This document shows, in pieces, positions 28,085 to 37,317 of a stretch of 64,000 nucleotides of DNA. The stretch is from contig JAWCSL010000002.1 of the NCBI GenBank assembly GCA_039090665.1, forward strand, positions 1 to 64,000, in the 5' to 3' direction. This DNA is from Candidatus Aenigmatarchaeota archaeon (GTDB lineage: Archaea; Aenigmatarchaeota; Aenigmatarchaeia; CG10238-14; SCSR01). Position 1 is the first letter of the stretch; every line of letters starts with the position of its first letter. Below the pieces are notes generated by a model. That model searched no databases. It was not told the origin of the DNA and was given only the letters and a program-made list of their open reading frames with translations. The translations under genes were made by a program, and so were the position numbers.

Positions 28085-29680
28085 CTATCTTATAGCTTCT
28101 TTTAGTTTTTTCAATATTTCTTCTTTCCCCCTTTCAATAATGTAAAACCCAAGCTTTGGGCCACTTTCAGAGTTTAAAATTATCTTGTAAAGAAGCTTAA
28201 AGAAATTTGGTATTTTTATGTCAAACTTCCTTGCAATTTCAAAAATATTCTTTTGAATTTCTTCTCCACTTTCTTCCCTTTCAACAATCTTAATAAGTTC
28301 AGCAATCGCTGCTTTTTCTTTTTCCCCAATTTTAACTTCGACTTCTTCTTTTATCTTACCAAAATCTTCATACCATCTTTTAGCAAATTCTATTCTTTTA
28401 GCAACTTCTTCTTTTATTTTTCCATTTTCTTCTTTCAACCTTCTATATTCTTTCAACTTTCTCACAGCAAACTCAACTTGATCTTTTTCAGGCAAAATTT
28501 TCACTATTTCAACCATAACTTCAAATGGTACATAAACAGAAGAAGCCTCTTTTGGTTTAACAACCGCAAGTTCATAAGCTCTTTTGAAATTGTTATCTTT
28601 CCTCTCATTTCCAGAACTTTGTAGACCAAAATATATCCTTTCAGCTTTATCAAATTCATTCCAAATCGATGGAACCATTTGTTTTAAGTTTATGTCTTTT
28701 GCTATTGTTAACCTTCCTTGAAACATCCAGTACCTCAAATGCTCAGGCTTCATATATTTCAACATATCAGGCACGGTTATAACATTCCCCAAGGATTTAG
28801 ACATCTTTTGCCCATTCACAAGAAAATGTTCATAAACTAATGGATAAGGAGGCTTCCATCCTAGAATCTTTACGATTTCTTTTCCAGTATCCCAGCTTCC
28901 ACCTGCAGCAGCATGCTCTTTTCCAAAAGGCTCACAAGTTGTTTTCAAAATAACCCAACGGGCTGGCCACTCGACACGCCAAGTAAGCTTAGCTTTACCA
29001 TTTAATATTGATGTTTTACCTTTATAGCCACATCCATTAACTTCATATTTTTTCTTTAGTAAAGTAGCTTCTTCCACACACTCATATTCAACACTAGCCT
29101 TCTTTTCTTCATATTTCAAAATTCTTGTGGTGCTTATTTTTCCACATTTTTCACATATTACATCTACCGGATACCAGTCTTCTGGTAGAGGAGTTGTCCT
29201 AAAATTGTTTAGAATTTTAACGATTTTTTCCCTTTTTTTCATAGCAAGTTTAATGAGATTGTTATACATCCCTTTTTTATACATCTCAATTCCTTTCAAA
29301 ATCTTAGGTTCAATTAACAAAGTTTTCAATTGTTGAATGAACTTCTCTTCAAAATGTTCTGCAAAGTTTTTGTGACAACTCCAGAAATCTGGGATAAAAC
29401 AAACAGGCACACCAAGATAATTTACAAGTTCTTTCGGCAAATCTTTGGGCACAGACCTTAGAGGATCCATATCATCAGAAACCCAAACCAATTCAGCAGA
29501 CACTTTCATTCTCTTAAGGGCAAGATAAACCGCATGTCCTCTCACAACATCATTCGCACTGCCTATATGTGGCTCGCCAGACATGCTAGTACCAGTTGTT
29601 ATAACTTGCTTCTTCACTTTCCATTTTTTTACAAGCTCTTTGGCCACTTGATCTGGCCAGAACTCGTATTCTTTTTCCAT
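28085..29680 (-). CDS. lysS: Lysine-tRNA ligase, class I
   Basis: SGEPHIGS, WRVEWPARW, KMSKSLGN. Confidence 0.95.
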   Translation of the reverse strand: MEKEYEFWPDQVAKELVKKWKVKKQVITTGTSMSGEPHIGSANDVVRGHAVYLALKRMKVSAELVWVSDDMDPLRSVPKDLPKELVNYLGVPVCFIPDFWSCHKNFAEHFEEKFIQQLKTLLIEPKILKGIEMYKKGMYNNLIKLAMKKREKIVKILNNFRTTPLPEDWYPVDVICEKCGKISTTRILKYEEKKASVEYECVEEATLLKKKYEVNGCGYKGKTSILNGKAKLTWRVEWPARWVILKTTCEPFGKEHAAAGGSWDTGKEIVKILGWKPPYPLVYEHFLVNGQKMSKSLGNVITVPDMLKYMKPEHLRYWMFQGRLTIAKDINLKQMVPSIWNEFDKAERIYFGLQSSGNERKDNNFKRAYELAVVKPKEASSVYVPFEVMVEIVKILPEKDQVEFAVRKLKEYRRLKEENGKIKEEVAKRIEFAKRWYEDFGKIKEEVEVKIGEKEKAAIAELIKIVEREESGEEIQKNIFEIARKFDIKIPNFFKLLYKIILNSESGPKLGFYIIERGKEEILKKLKEAIR

Positions 29681-29709
29681 ATTTTCAAATATTGGATTAA
29701 AGAAATAAA

Positions 29710-29854
29710 AATGGGCCCGGAGGGATTTGAACCCTCGACCCTCCGCTTTCTTCTATTAGGAGCACTCCCATATAAGGCGGATGCTCCACCAGGCTAAGCT
29801 TCCCTCTACCAGTTAAGGCAGATACGGGCCCAGCCTAGATTTTCCGGGCCCATT
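29710..29854. repeat. Perfect 12-bp inverted repeat flanking tRNA-Ile (29710-29721 / 29843-29854)
   Basis: aatgggcccgga ... tccgggcccatt. Confidence 0.9.
29712..29831 (-). tRNA. tRNA-Ile(TAT) with two 23-nt introns: 9/10 (29800-29822) and 37/38 (29748-29770)
   Basis: Spliced 74-mer GGGCCCGTAGCTTAGCCTGGTGGAGCATCCGCCTTATAAGCGGAGGGTCGAGGGTTCAAATCCCTCCGGGCCCA folds as a full cloverleaf with discriminator A. Confidence 0.85.
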
Positions 29855-29983
29855 ATCCATGTATATTTTAAATTTCATTTTCCTTCCTTTATATCTTAAA
29901 CCTTAAACATTATAAATAGCAAAAACCTTAAATACTTACAGATAATATAAAAATTAGTCCATTCTTTGTTTGAGGTGTTAAAT

Positions 29984-31630
29984 ATGACAAATGGAAAGGC
30001 TATACTTGGAAGTTTAGGCGGGCAGCCAATACTGATATTGCCAGAAGGAACTATTCGTTCCACAGGAAAAGATGCCCAAAAGAACAATATAGCTGCAGCT
30101 AAAGCTGTTGCAGATGCAGTCAAAACTACTTTAGGTCCAAAAGGAATGGATAAGATGCTCGTAGATTCAATAGGTGACATAGTGATTACAAATGATGGTG
30201 TAACAATCCTTGAAGAAATGGATGTGGAGCATCCAGCAGCTAAAATGATGGTAGAAGTTGCAAAAACTCAGAATGAAGAAGTTGGTGATGGTACAACAAC
30301 TTCAGTGGTTATTGCAGGTGAGCTTTTGAAGAAAGCTGAAGAGCTTCTTGATCAAGATATACATCCCACAATTATCACAAGAGGCTTCAAGATTGCAAAA
30401 GATGAAGCCTTAAAAATACTGGAAGAAATAGCAAAGCCAATAGACATAAATGACACTGAAACTTTGATGAAAATAGCAATGACTTCAATGTCAGGAAAAA
30501 GTGTAGAAAAAGCTTCCCCGAAATTGGCTGAAATAGTTATAGAAGCGGTGAGAAAAGTAGCAAAGAAAGTCAACGGTAAAATTGAAATTGATACAGATGA
30601 CATAAGCAGAGTTAAAAAACATGGGGGTTCAGCAGAAGAGACAGAACTAATAGAAGGAATAATTATCGATAAAGAAGTTGTACACCCAGCAATGCCAAAG
30701 AGAGTTGAAAATGCGAGAATTGCTTTGCTAGATGTTGCTCTTGAAGTCAAAGAACCAGAAACAGATGCAGAAATAAGGATAACTTCTCCAGAACAGATGC
30801 AAGCTTTTCTAGAACAAGAGCAGAGAATGCTTAAAGCTATGGTAGATAAAATAGTTAGAGTTAACGCAAATGTAGTGCTTTGTCAAAAAGGAATAGATGA
30901 TGTTGCTCAGCATTACCTCGCTAAGAAAGGAATTCTTGCTTGCAGAAGAGTCAAACAGTCTGACATGGAAAAACTAGCAAAGGCGACTGGCGGTAAAATA
31001 ATTTCAAATCTCGACGACTTAACACCAGAAGACTTAGGTTTTGCAAAATTGGTTGAAGAAAAGAAAATAGCAGGGGAAGCCATGACTTTTGTTAGGGGAT
31101 GTAAAGATCCAAAAGCAGTGAGCATTTTGGTGAGGGGAAGCACAGAGCATGTAGTGGATGAAATTGATAGGAGCATAGAAGATGCTATAGGTGCAGTTGC
31201 TTCCGCTCTTGAAATTGGAAAAATTGTTGCAGGAGCAGGTTCGGCAGAAGCAGAAATTGCAAAGAGGCTGAGAAAATTTGCTGAGAAATTCTCAGGAAGA
31301 GAACAGTTAGCAATTCTTGCTTTTGCAGATGCTATGGAAGTAATTCCAAGAACTTTGGCAGAGAATGGTGGTTTAGACCCAATTGACACTTTAGTTGAAC
31401 TTAGGGCTGCTCATGAGCAAGGAAAAGTAAGCTATGGAATAAACTTATATGAAGGAAAAGTAGCAGATGCTTTCGAAATGGGAGTGATAGAACCATTGAA
31501 AGTTAAAACACAAGCAATAAAATCAGCAGCAGAAGCAGCAGAGATGATATTGAGAATAGATGATGTGATTGCAGCAAGTAAGCTAGAAAAAAGCACATCA
31601 ACACCACCTTCTACTGAGAGTGAAGAGTAA
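29984..31630 (+). CDS. ths: Thermosome (group II chaperonin) subunit
   Basis: [27 protein letters not shown] gaggtg upstream of ATG 29984. Confidence 0.97.
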   Translation: MTNGKAILGSLGGQPILILPEGTIRSTGKDAQKNNIAAAKAVADAVKTTLGPKGMDKMLVDSIGDIVITNDGVTILEEMDVEHPAAKMMVEVAKTQNEEVGDGTTTSVVIAGELLKKAEELLDQDIHPTIITRGFKIAKDEALKILEEIAKPIDINDTETLMKIAMTSMSGKSVEKASPKLAEIVIEAVRKVAKKVNGKIEIDTDDISRVKKHGGSAEETELIEGIIIDKEVVHPAMPKRVENARIALLDVALEVKEPETDAEIRITSPEQMQAFLEQEQRMLKAMVDKIVRVNANVVLCQKGIDDVAQHYLAKKGILACRRVKQSDMEKLAKATGGKIISNLDDLTPEDLGFAKLVEEKKIAGEAMTFVRGCKDPKAVSILVRGSTEHVVDEIDRSIEDAIGAVASALEIGKIVAGAGSAEAEIAKRLRKFAEKFSGREQLAILAFADAMEVIPRTLAENGGLDPIDTLVELRAAHEQGKVSYGINLYEGKVADAFEMGVIEPLKVKTQAIKSAAEAAEMILRIDDVIAASKLEKSTSTPPSTESEE

Positions 31631-31664
31631 AAAGCTTTTATTTTCTCTTTTTTTAATTAATATT

Positions 31665-32144
31665 ATGTCAGACAAAGACCAAAAAGAAGAATATGAAGTA
31701 ATACCTCTTTCTCCTTTGAGAAGATTAGAGAAAAGGATTGAGAAGCTTGAAGCTGTTTCACCAGCAGTTGATGTTAAAGAGATATTTAAAGAAGTGGTTG
31801 ATGTTTTAAGAATGAATCAACAAATAGTTACTGAGATTTCAAAAGCTAATGATGCTTTGCGTCTTGAAATTTCGAAATTAACTATTAGGTTAGAAGAAAC
31901 AACTAACAAGCTCAACGAGCTTTTGTCCTTTGTAAAAGCAGCGGCAACTGAAGAAAGCTTTAGTTCTGAAGGAGAAATAGCGAAACGCTTGACTGAAAAA
32001 ATAAATGAGCTCATAGAGACAAACAAAAAGATAGTACAAAACAATGAGACGATGATTGCAATTTTGGAAGAAATAGAAAGAAAGTTAGGTAGACCGCCGG
32101 TTCCTTTACAAATTAAAAAACCTTTAATACCACCAAGAATGTGA
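31665..32144 (+). CDS. Coiled-coil hypothetical protein
   Basis: Heptad-rich, Pro-rich tail; heads the pilus operon. Confidence 0.7.
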   Translation: MSDKDQKEEYEVIPLSPLRRLEKRIEKLEAVSPAVDVKEIFKEVVDVLRMNQQIVTEISKANDALRLEISKLTIRLEETTNKLNELLSFVKAAATEESFSSEGEIAKRLTEKINELIETNKKIVQNNETMIAILEEIERKLGRPPVPLQIKKPLIPPRM

Positions 32145-32148
32145 TTCC

Positions 32149-32739
32149 ATGCAAAAAGCACAATCTGACATACTTTCAGCAGTTATAATAATTCTTATTG
32201 CCCTTGGTCTAACTTCTGCTGCACTCATGTGGGGCTTACCACTAATCCAAAAGAGGCAAGACGCTGCAATGGTAGCAAGAGTAAGTAATCTTTTTTCTCA
32301 TGATTTGCCATCCAAAATAACACATGTAGCCAATGTTGGTGGTCATGATAGTTTTACTATAGATGCTAATGGTGTTTGGACTTTAGATGAAACTAAAAAC
32401 ATACTTTCATTCACATTTTTCAGTAAATCTTCTGATAAAGCTATTGGAATGTGGATAGGTGGTGGAGAATGTCAACCAGATGGATTTAACGGACAGCCTG
32501 GAATTTTGGGTATTGATGAGCCTTGTGTGGTTTGTGTTCGGGCCGATCAACTAGAATCAGGCTATACCATAACTTATCAAATTGGTTGTAGAGAACTTAA
32601 GACAGAAACAAACTCTTACAAAATACAGTTTAAGTCAGCAGGAGTAACAACATCCAACTCAAAGACGATAAAAATTTCTAGGGGGGCTTTGGTAACTATG
32701 GATAATTTAATTATAACACAAATCGAAATTCTTTTATGA
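32149..32739 (+). CDS. Class III signal peptide (pilin-like) protein
   Basis: MQKAQSDIL followed by a hydrophobic helix. Confidence 0.75.
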   Translation: MQKAQSDILSAVIIILIALGLTSAALMWGLPLIQKRQDAAMVARVSNLFSHDLPSKITHVANVGGHDSFTIDANGVWTLDETKNILSFTFFSKSSDKAIGMWIGGGECQPDGFNGQPGILGIDEPCVVCVRADQLESGYTITYQIGCRELKTETNSYKIQFKSAGVTTSNSKTIKISRGALVTMDNLIITQIEILL

Positions 32740-33161
32740 TGAACAAAGGTCAGAGTATAGTAATTCAGTTCTTGATATTTTTTCTAATAGGTTTTTCAAT
32801 TTTCGTTTCCTTGGGTTCATTTTTCAACTATCAGTCTGAAATTTTTAGGCAAAACATATTATCTTCTGGAGTCAACTTGAGTAAAAGTTACATTTCTTCA
32901 GCTGTCATAGCTATGGTAGATTCTTGCAAAGAGTGTGATTTTGTAAAGTTAACGATAAAAATACATAACACTTCTGCAGGCTATCCAATATTGGTTAGAG
33001 GAGAGAATTTGGCTCTAATAGTTTCTACCCCAGTTAGTTCAGTTTCAACCACTATTCATAACCTATTGGGTGATGTTTTAAAAGTTACCGGTAGCTCACC
33101 ATCCACCAAACCTATAGTTTTAACATTTAACAGAACAAATAATAATTTAGAGGTAAGGTGA
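32736..33161 (+). CDS. Class III signal peptide (pilin-like) protein
   Basis: NKGQSIVIQF followed by a hydrophobic helix. Confidence 0.75.
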   Translation: MMNKGQSIVIQFLIFFLIGFSIFVSLGSFFNYQSEIFRQNILSSGVNLSKSYISSAVIAMVDSCKECDFVKLTIKIHNTSAGYPILVRGENLALIVSTPVSSVSTTIHNLLGDVLKVTGSSPSTKPIVLTFNRTNNNLEVR

Positions 33162-35000
33162 ATGAATCCATTAAAAAATTTTATTAGGGCTCTTGTAGAA
33201 GGATATAGAAATCTTTCAATCGAAGAAAGTACACAAAAATCAATTGTTCTTGATCAACCTCAAATCCAGCCACTCAAAATTCCGGTAGAAGCAGTTCAAA
33301 AAATTGTGGTGGAATCTCCTGAACAACCGATCAAAATTCCTATCCAACCTGTCATCCAACCCATAGTTGTCCCGATAAAAACTGAAGAAGAAAAAGAAGA
33401 AAAAGAATTGGTAAAGGAGACAGAAGGTATAGAAATACCAAAATTTTCGCCAGCACTAGTTAAAACAGGTGAAATAGAAGAAGAGGAAAGAGAAAAAATA
33501 ACTTTAATTCAACCACTCATACCTAAAAAACCTCAGAAGGATGAACCGATTCTTGCCTATGCGAAAATTTATTGGGATGAAAAGGAAAACAGGCAAGTGT
33601 ATCAAGTAGTCGAACCGCCTTTAACCAACAAGCTAAAAGAAATTCTGAGGAAAGTGAAGGAAATCATGGAGCAGAAACTTGATGTAGAATTTTCAAGACT
33701 GAAAGTTTTGGAAGCAAAAGAATATTTGAGAAAACAGATTTCGGATATAGTCGGATATTTTGGTTTCAAGCTTTCTGAAACTGAAAAGCAGATATTGCAG
33801 TACTATATAGAAAGAGATTTCATGGGTTTGGGTAAAATTGAGCCCTTGATGAATGATGATCAAATAGAAGATATAAGTTGTGATGGAGTTAAAATTCCTG
33901 TTTTTGTTTTTCACAGAAATCCAGCTTTAGGATCTTTGATAACAAATGTTGTTTTCGAAAACGAGGAAGAACTTGATTCTTTTGTGATGAGATTGGCTCA
34001 GTTGTGTGGAAAATCAATTTCAATTACAAATCCTTTGCTTTCAGGCTCTCTTCCAGATGGAAGTAGAGTTCAAGCAACTTTAGCAACAGACATAGCAAGA
34101 AGAGGTAGCAACTTCACTATTAGAAAATTCACAGAAAAACCTTTGACACCCGTTCATCTCCTAGGCTATAAAACAGTTGATATAAAAACTTTAGCATATT
34201 TGTGGTTTGTTGTTGATATGGGAAAAAGTGTTTTGGTTTCTGGAGGAACTGCTTCAGGAAAAACAAGCATGTTGAATGTGCTTTCACTTTTCATAAGACC
34301 GGAACAAAAGATAGTTTCAATAGAAGACACACCAGAACTCAAATTACCTCATCCACACTGGGTTCCACATGTGGCTAGAACAGCAATTGGAACCGAATTT
34401 GGAAGAAAGCCAGGTGAAATAGATCTTTTTGATCTTTTGAAAGAAAGTTTGAGACAAAGACCAGATTATATAATAGTTGGTGAAGTTAGAGGAAAAGAAG
34501 CTTATGTACTTTTCCAAGAAATGGCCACAGGACATCCAAGCCTGGCTACAATTCATGCAGAAAATATATCAAAGTTACTCGATAGATTAACCACACCACC
34601 CATAAGCTTGCCACCCAGCCTTATTGCAAGCGTTGATGTGATAGTTTTTATGGTTTTAACAAGATATAGGAACAAACAAGTTAGAAGAGTTACCGAAATT
34701 TTAGAAGTTGTTGGTATAGACGAAAAAACAAAGACACCTATTTTCAACAAACTTTTCAAATGGAATCCAGTTTCAGATAGTTTTGATGTTTGTGGTAAAA
34801 GCTTTTTGTTGAAAAAAATCTCGGAGAGTACTGGATTGAGTGAGAAAGAAATCAAAGAAGAGTTGGAAAGAAGGATGCTAGTTTTGGATTGGCTACAAAC
34901 AAACAATATTTTGGAATATGAAGATTTCTGTCAAATCATAAACTCTTATTATAAGAATCCTTCCAGGCTTTTAGCTGCCATCAAGGGAGGACTTGGATGA
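33162..35000 (+). CDS. Type IV pilus assembly ATPase (CpaF/FlaI/VirB11 family)
   Basis: GGTASGKT, SIEDTPEL, LRQRPDYIIVGEVRG, TGH...TIHA. Confidence 0.92.
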   Translation: MNPLKNFIRALVEGYRNLSIEESTQKSIVLDQPQIQPLKIPVEAVQKIVVESPEQPIKIPIQPVIQPIVVPIKTEEEKEEKELVKETEGIEIPKFSPALVKTGEIEEEEREKITLIQPLIPKKPQKDEPILAYAKIYWDEKENRQVYQVVEPPLTNKLKEILRKVKEIMEQKLDVEFSRLKVLEAKEYLRKQISDIVGYFGFKLSETEKQILQYYIERDFMGLGKIEPLMNDDQIEDISCDGVKIPVFVFHRNPALGSLITNVVFENEEELDSFVMRLAQLCGKSISITNPLLSGSLPDGSRVQATLATDIARRGSNFTIRKFTEKPLTPVHLLGYKTVDIKTLAYLWFVVDMGKSVLVSGGTASGKTSMLNVLSLFIRPEQKIVSIEDTPELKLPHPHWVPHVARTAIGTEFGRKPGEIDLFDLLKESLRQRPDYIIVGEVRGKEAYVLFQEMATGHPSLATIHAENISKLLDRLTTPPISLPPSLIASVDVIVFMVLTRYRNKQVRRVTEILEVVGIDEKTKTPIFNKLFKWNPVSDSFDVCGKSFLLKKISESTGLSEKEIKEELERRMLVLDWLQTNNILEYEDFCQIINSYYKNPSRLLAAIKGGLG

Positions 35001-35866
35001 AATTTGGTAAGCTCTCTATGAGATTTTTTTATCCACTTACTGATATGATTTTACCTTATTTTTCAGAGTTAAAATCTGATTTAAAGAGGGCTGGTATAAA
35101 ACTTTCAGTTCAAGAGTTCTTAAGCCAAGGAATCTTTTTAACGGTTTTAGTTTTCATTTTAGGATTACCAATTTTTTCAGTGATTTTTTCTTTTTTTCTT
35201 AAGAGTTTTTTATTCGGGTTTTTATCTTCAATTACAGCTTGCTTCTTCATTTTATCAATTTTCTTTATCGCTTATGTGAATTATCCCAAAATATTGATTG
35301 GCCAAAAGACAAAAAAGATTGATGATCAAATTTCTTTTGCTGCGCTTCATCTTTCCACTCTTGCAAGTGCAAAATTATCTCTAGATAAAATTTTGGAAAT
35401 TTTTTCTGAATTTAGTGGCTATGGTGAAATTACAGAAGAAATTTCAAAGATACGAACAGATATGAAAATGTTTGGTCTTGATGTCAACACTGCACTTGAA
35501 AGAGCTGTGGAGAGATGTCCTTCAAAAAATTTAAAAGAAATTTTATGGGGAATTCTTTCCACAAACCTAAGTGGTGGAGAGATTGATGTTTATCTTAGAG
35601 AAAAAGCCAGAAGTTTAATGTCAGAATACAGGATGAAGCTTCGTGATTTTTCTCACCAGCTTGGAATTTATTTGGAAATATACATAACGGCAGTAATCCT
35701 TGGAGCGGTTTTCTTCCTCATTTTAACTTCGATAGTTGCAGGTATAGCTGGAACAGGCGGACAAATACTTTTCCTTCAGTTCTTCCTGATCTTTATATTT
35801 TTACCAGCAATTTCTGCAATTTTCATTTATTTGATTAGAGTTGCAACCCCAGGGGGATTTAGTTGA
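34997..35866 (+). CDS. Type II secretion F / TadC-like platform protein
   Basis: TM pairs plus T2SSF helical domain; follows the ATPase. Confidence 0.85.
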   Translation: MKFGKLSMRFFYPLTDMILPYFSELKSDLKRAGIKLSVQEFLSQGIFLTVLVFILGLPIFSVIFSFFLKSFLFGFLSSITACFFILSIFFIAYVNYPKILIGQKTKKIDDQISFAALHLSTLASAKLSLDKILEIFSEFSGYGEITEEISKIRTDMKMFGLDVNTALERAVERCPSKNLKEILWGILSTNLSGGEIDVYLREKARSLMSEYRMKLRDFSHQLGIYLEIYITAVILGAVFFLILTSIVAGIAGTGGQILFLQFFLIFIFLPAISAIFIYLIRVATPGGFS

Positions 35867-36804
35867 AGTTCAAGCTTAGTATAGAACAGAGAATTGTTTT
35901 GATAGCAATTTCAATAACAGGTTTTTTGATACTGTTGGGAATTTTAAGTCCGGACGAAAAAACAAGGATAGGTGTGATTTCAAACGCTTTCATTCTCCTA
36001 GCTTTTATGCTAATTCTTCCCTTTGTTTTCATAAGATATCAAAGAGAAAAGGCTATAAGGGAAATGGAAGAAAAAATGCCACTTTTTTTGAGGGATTTGG
36101 TTGAGTCTATTAGTTCTGGAGTACCTTTTCACCAAGCAATAGTCATGAGTAGCAAACTAGATTATGGTGAGCTTTCAAGAGAAATAAAGAAAATGGCAAA
36201 TCAAATCTCTTGGGGGATGCCTGTGAATAAAGTTTTAGATCAATTCATAGAAAGAGTTAAATCAAGCAAAAAACTTTTTATGGCTTTAAAAATTTTGAGA
36301 GAATCTTACTTGACAGGAGGTGAAATAATTTCCACTTTAAATTCAGTAGCAGACAATTTAACACAACTGAATGAAATTGAAAAAGAAAGGAAAAGTATAT
36401 TGAATCAGTATGTGGTATTGATTTATGCCATAGTTTTTGTTTTTGTGGCAATTCTCGTGGCAATCAATAAACTCATGTTACCAATATTTCAAGCAACACA
36501 AGCTCCAGGTGGCGAGATTTTAGGATTCAAGAGTCCTTGTGAAGACAATCCAACTTTCGTTTGTGTTGTTTTTTCTCTTCCAGCTCAATATATTTTTGGT
36601 GTTGCTAATCCCACTAGTATAGGAGGCTATTACATTTCAATATTTTTTTACATGAGTACAATAATTGCAATAGCTTGTGGTATGGTTATAGGGGAAATAA
36701 CAGAAAGGTCAATTTTTTCAGGACTTAAACACAGCTTAATTTTAACGATAGCTGTTTGGGGAGTCTTGCTATTACTAAAAGTCTTGAATTTCATTGGTGT
36801 TTGA
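35863..36804 (+). CDS. Type II secretion F / TadC-like platform protein
   Basis: PLFLRDLVE...SGVP, QISWGMP. Confidence 0.85.
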   Translation: MKFKLSIEQRIVLIAISITGFLILLGILSPDEKTRIGVISNAFILLAFMLILPFVFIRYQREKAIREMEEKMPLFLRDLVESISSGVPFHQAIVMSSKLDYGELSREIKKMANQISWGMPVNKVLDQFIERVKSSKKLFMALKILRESYLTGGEIISTLNSVADNLTQLNEIEKERKSILNQYVVLIYAIVFVFVAILVAINKLMLPIFQATQAPGGEILGFKSPCEDNPTFVCVVFSLPAQYIFGVANPTSIGGYYISIFFYMSTIIAIACGMVIGEITERSIFSGLKHSLILTIAVWGVLLLLKVLNFIGV

Positions 36805-37317
36805 ATGAAAGCTCAAATCAGTTTCGTTGAGTTTTTAACTTCAATAACAATTTTTCTTGGTTTTACTGTATATATCGCTTTCCAAATTTCAACATTCATA
36901 CCAAATTATCTCAATGAAATTAAAGCAGAAAGAATGAGATGTGAAGCTTTTCAACTTTCAGAATTATTGATAAATGATCCCGGAGATCCGGTAAATTGGT
37001 ATCTCACTAATTTTAACAATGTAAAAAGATTGGGTCTTTTGGATGAAACGAAAAACAGAACAAACTTTCTATCTGAAAATAAAATTTTGGCGTTTGAAGG
37101 AAATTGTTCTAAAAACTATCAAGAAGTTAAGAGAAAATTGGAGTTAGACTATGATTTTTCCTTAATTCTAAAAGATGGAAAATCCGGAGAAATTAAGATT
37201 AATTGTTATCCAAGTGCTACAATCAAAAGATACACGAACACAACTATAAGGAGAATAGTTGCTTATGAAAAAAATGGTGAAATAAGTTATGGCGAAATGT
37301 TATTGCAAGTTTGGTAA
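36805..37317 (+). CDS. Class III signal peptide (pilin-like) protein
   Basis: MKAQISFVEF; LINDPGDPVNW. Confidence 0.8.
   Translation: MKAQISFVEFLTSITIFLGFTVYIAFQISTFIPNYLNEIKAERMRCEAFQLSELLINDPGDPVNWYLTNFNNVKRLGLLDETKNRTNFLSENKILAFEGNCSKNYQEVKRKLELDYDFSLILKDGKSGEIKINCYPSATIKRYTNTTIRRIVAYEKNGEISYGEMLLQVW

Noticed and set aside
29748..29776. Alternative splice registers giving anticodon TAA (Leu) or TGA (Ser)
   Set aside because: The variable loop is only 5 nt (Leu and Ser tRNAs need a long arm) and the BHB-like geometry fits 37/38
29534..29797. 87-aa + strand ORF
   Set aside because: Antisense to the lysS start and to the tRNA-Ile gene; spurious
30352..31389. Long antisense ORFs over the thermosome (similar ones over AIR synthase, aCPSF1, ftsY and CBS genes)
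   Set aside because: Ser/Phe/Ile-rich shadows of strongly biased sense codons; no motifs
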